A stretch of 37,386 nt of DNA from Candidatus Fervidifonticultor secundus (lineage in GTDB: Bacteria; Sysuimicrobiota; Sysuimicrobiia; Sysuimicrobiales; Humicultoraceae), in the NCBI GenBank assembly GCA_031459385.1, contig JAVKIP010000025.1, forward strand, positions 1-37,386. The letters are read 5' to 3'. The position numbers were made by a program, and so were the translations under genes. The notes under the pieces are model-generated. The model was given only the letters and a program-made list of their open reading frames with translations. It did not search any database and was not told the origin of the DNA. This document shows, one piece after another, positions 34,204 to 37,386 of the stretch. Each line of letters starts with the position of its first letter. The stretch's first letter is position 1.

Positions 34204-35450
34204 GCCCCCGGACTGGCTGGACCGGCGGCCTCCGGGCTAGCAGGCGGGAACCGCAGCATGCGCCGGATGAACTCCTCGTCGGCGGCGCCCGAGCGCACCA
34301 CACCAGCGCCCACGGCGGCCATCCACCTGTCCAGGATGTCCAGGCGGACCTCGTCGGTCAGTGGCAGCAGCCGCCAGATCGGATACGGGCCGGACGGCCA
34401 GTTGACATCCACGAGGCGCCTCACCACCTGCTCATTGACTGCCTCAGTCAGGTCGCCTCGGAGCTTTTCGATGATCAGCAAAAACACGTCAAACGAAATC
34501 CGGGCGCGCGCATACGAGCCGACGGCCCCTTCGGTGGTCAGGCCCAGCAGCCCCGGCATCAGCACCGCGCGGGCGATTGCTCGGTCGTAGTACTCCAGGG
34601 CCGGCAGAAACACCCGCGTGGCCTGTCCCGCCAGCTCGGGCGTCCAGAACTCCAGCGACTGCGCGTCAGGGCGTGGAATCAGTCCGCCAGAGCCGGCCTG
34701 CAGACTTTCGATGAGCTTGTGCAGTTCTTTGGTCTGGTCAGGCGTGTAGCGGGTCGGGTCGTACAGGGCGTAGATCATCGGGATGCCCAACCGCTCCAGC
34801 AGCATCGCCAGCCACTTCAGCGCGTTGTCTTTCACCCACCAGTGCCGGAATGCCGCCTCTAGGTCCGACCGGCCGTACGGATTGCCGAACTCGGCGTCGT
34901 GGGTGAAGATCAAAAATTTGCCGGGCGGCAGGCGCTGCCCCATCTGCACCAGCCCCGTGATATTCCCGTGCGCGTCGAGCTCGAACGCGAAGTCGTGTGG
35001 GCGGCGCGTCTTCAATGCGCGCAGCCGCACAAAGTCCTTATACGGCCCGTCCGCGACACGCTCCCACACAAGCTCGGTGACGCTGTATCCGTACACCAAG
35101 GCGGACAACACCTGCCACAGGTCGTCGTGGAACGACCCCTCGACACTTTCCAGACACCATCGCACGAACGCTGCCCGCTCGGCGGCTTCCGGGGTGCTGT
35201 CTGGCGCCACCACCTCCCACCCCGTGGCCAGGACTGCGGCGCGTTTAAAGGATATGGCCGCCTTCACCTGGTCGTCGGCCATCATCCGGTCAAAAATCCC
35301 CAGACCCCGCGTGCCGACCAGCTGGCTGGGGTTCGGCCACCAGCCGCCCGCCCACAACCGCGGATCCGCAACGGCCAGCTCGCCCAGCGGCGGGGCCTGA
35401 CGACTAGACAGCGCACGCCACGCCGCCCGAATCTGCGCTATGACCCCCAT
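34200..35450 (-). CDS. portal protein (DUF935/Mu gp29-like)
   Basis: DDQVKAAISFKRAAVLATGW...ALVYGYSVTELVW...GNPYGRSDL...ERLGIP...GSYA. Confidence 0.85.
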   Translation of the reverse strand: MGVIAQIRAAWRALSSRQAPPLGELAVADPRLWAGGWWPNPSQLVGTRGLGIFDRMMADDQVKAAISFKRAAVLATGWEVVAPDSTPEAAERAAFVRWCLESVEGSFHDDLWQVLSALVYGYSVTELVWERVADGPYKDFVRLRALKTRRPHDFAFELDAHGNITGLVQMGQRLPPGKFLIFTHDAEFGNPYGRSDLEAAFRHWWVKDNALKWLAMLLERLGIPMIYALYDPTRYTPDQTKELHKLIESLQAGSGGLIPRPDAQSLEFWTPELAGQATRVFLPALEYYDRAIARAVLMPGLLGLTTEGAVGSYARARISFDVFLLIIEKLRGDLTEAVNEQVVRRLVDVNWPSGPYPIWRLLPLTDEVRLDILDRWMAAVGAGVVRSGAADEEFIRRMLRFPPASPEAAGPASPGA

Positions 35451-36976
35451 GGAGACCCCTCCCATGCCGCACTCCGCGGCGCCACGACGGCCGACGATAT
35501 GTCCACGCTATCACTCGCAGGTACCCGCATTAACCGATCGATGGCCATGATGGCCGCCACAACGCCGTCAATGCGGGCGGCGCTGTGGGCTTTGTCGGGC
35601 CGGATATTCCCCGCGGGATCGGTCCGCACGGCCAAACCCTCGACCATCCACCGGAGCACGGGGTGGCCGCCGTGCATCAGCTGGCGCGCGATCACCAGCC
35701 GCTCAAATTCCCGCGACGGCGCCGACATGCCAAGCATTCCCTGGCTGATGGCCGCGATGGTCACGCCCGCAGACTCCAGCTGCTGGGCGAGCATGTAGCC
35801 CGGTGCGTATCGGTCCATGCCAACCTCGCGGATGCGCCACCGGGCGCAATCGGCCAACACGCGCTCTCTGACCATGTCATAGTTTATGGTGGCACCCGGG
35901 CAGACTGTAATCAACCCTTGCTGCGCCCACGACGCGTACAGATCGTGGTAGCGCGCCGACGGCTCCAGCTGCGCGGACGGAACCCAGAACGCGGGCAGGA
36001 TAACGACGCGCCCGTCACGCGCCCGCACGGCCACCACCCATGCCGTCAGGTCCACAGACGTGGACAGGTCCAGACCGCCCGTGGCTGGGCAACCCACAAG
36101 CGCCTGTTCATCCACTGGGTCTCCGCAGGCATCCCAGGTGGCCATGTCCAGCCACCGGACGGATTGACTCACCCATTGGTTGAGGTGAAACCTGCGGAAC
36201 GCGTTCTGGGCGGCGGGCGACCGCGCCGCGCGGGCGGCTTCTGTCCGCAGGTACTCCACAGACACCAGCGTGCCCAGGGCGGGATTCGCGGCCGCCCAGA
36301 CAGTTTCGTCGGTCCAGTCTGCCCCTTCGGGGGCTTCGGCGATGTACGCACCGAAGGCCGGATCGGACACCGATCCCGCCAGCACCTGGCGCGCGTAGTC
36401 GTAGACCTCCCAGCAGATACTGGTGCGGTCGTAGCCCGCCGTCGTCGTCGCCAGCAGCAGGCCCGGCATGGACGTCGTAAGCACGTCCCACAGGTCACGA
36501 CGCGCCTGGGTGTGCAGCTCGTCGAACACGACGCACGTCGGATGATATCCGTGGGCGCCGGCGGCGTCAGACGGCAGCACATGCAGGCGCGCGTTCAGGC
36601 TGGGGGCGCGAATTTCGCGTCGGTGAATCTGGCACAGCTGCGCCAGTGGGCTCCGGCGGACCATGCGGGCGCAGTTTTCGAAGACGATATCGGTGGCCTG
36701 CGCCTCGTCAGAGGCCACGATGAGCACCCGTGCATCAGGCGCGCAGAACCGGTGCAAAGCGACCACGGCGCCCAGCGTCGACTTGCCGTTGCCCCGCGCC
36801 ACGGATACATAGGCGCGCTTGACGCCCGGACGCAGCGTGCGCGTCAGCACCTCCTCCTGCCACGCAAGCAACCGCACGCCCAGATACCGCGCGAACGTCA
36901 GCGGGTCGTCGACGGGTATGCGCACGCGTAACAAGCGTGGGCGTACCGCGATACGGGGCGGGCGGCCTCCGGCCAT
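35438..36976 (-). CDS. terL: terminase large subunit
   Basis: VARGNGKS, VVFDELH, TTTAG, ANPALG, GGLDLS, RIDGVVAAIMA. Confidence 0.95.
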   Translation of the reverse strand: MAGGRPPRIAVRPRLLRVRIPVDDPLTFARYLGVRLLAWQEEVLTRTLRPGVKRAYVSVARGNGKSTLGAVVALHRFCAPDARVLIVASDEAQATDIVFENCARMVRRSPLAQLCQIHRREIRAPSLNARLHVLPSDAAGAHGYHPTCVVFDELHTQARRDLWDVLTTSMPGLLLATTTAGYDRTSICWEVYDYARQVLAGSVSDPAFGAYIAEAPEGADWTDETVWAAANPALGTLVSVEYLRTEAARAARSPAAQNAFRRFHLNQWVSQSVRWLDMATWDACGDPVDEQALVGCPATGGLDLSTSVDLTAWVVAVRARDGRVVILPAFWVPSAQLEPSARYHDLYASWAQQGLITVCPGATINYDMVRERVLADCARWRIREVGMDRYAPGYMLAQQLESAGVTIAAISQGMLGMSAPSREFERLVIARQLMHGGHPVLRWMVEGLAVRTDPAGNIRPDKAHSAARIDGVVAAIMAIDRLMRVPASDSVDISSAVVAPRSAAWEGSPWGS

Positions 36977-36984
36977 GGGAGCGT

Positions 36985-37320
36985 TTACTGCTTGTCGTCG
37001 CCTTCGAGGACGACGTCAGGCGCCTGCGGGGTAGTGTCCAGGTGCAGCAGCGCCAGGCATCGCACCAGCGCAGCTCGCAGCCGCGTTTCGGTGGCCGTCA
37101 GTGGATGCGCCCTGGCGCCCACGATGCGGCCATCGCGCCTGATCCGCGCGCGAACCTCGGCATAGTTCTCCCAAATGTCGCGCAACAGCGCGACCAGGAC
37201 CTGACCGCGCGGATCCAGGTCATACGCGCTGTCCAATGCGTGCAGCGCGCGCTCCACGCGCGACTCCAGGTCGTCAGACGGCACGCGCTGACGTTGCCGC
37301 GTGTTTCGCTTCTTCTTCAT
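36985..37320 (-). CDS. terS: terminase small subunit (P27-like)
   Basis: Upstream of terL; IRRDG....RAHPL...E.......L..L.L pattern. Confidence 0.75.
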   Translation of the reverse strand: MKKKRNTRQRQRVPSDDLESRVERALHALDSAYDLDPRGQVLVALLRDIWENYAEVRARIRRDGRIVGARAHPLTATETRLRAALVRCLALLHLDTTPQAPDVVLEGDDKQ

Positions 37321-37386
37321 CTTGTGACCACCCCGGGGCCCCGCGAGAAACTCGCGCGCGACTTTCTGGGTGGGGGGCCGGTGTAG

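Overview
This window looks like a complete or near-complete ~37.4 kb, high-GC tailed (siphovirus-like) phage genome. Essentially all of its ~55 genes lie on the minus strand, so it reads right to left. The order is: terminase small and large subunits, a DUF935/Mu-gp29-like portal, a structured non-coding insert with two tandem terminators, a protease/scaffold, head decoration and major capsid proteins, head accessory and fibre genes, a 972-aa GT4-methyltransferase-GT2 fusion, and neck and tail genes with a -1 frameshifted tail chaperone. A lysis region follows, in which several holin-like proteins flank an apparently intact FtsH-like AAA+ metalloprotease, a metallophosphoesterase, an M15 endolysin, a HExxH peptidase and a lytic transglycosylase. 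Next come early genes (NinG, HNH, Cas4-like nuclease, putative annealase, HTH replication initiator). The left end is an accessory operon driven by a near-consensus sigma70 promoter with a perfect LexA (Cheo) box. It holds a 45-aa Cys/acidic peptide, an IS481-like fragment, a DUF1156 DNA methyltransferase interrupted by one nonsense codon and a stand-alone DnaA domain IV. I could not recognise an integrase, CI-like repressor or partition genes. All family assignments come from motif recognition by eye, not from database searches.
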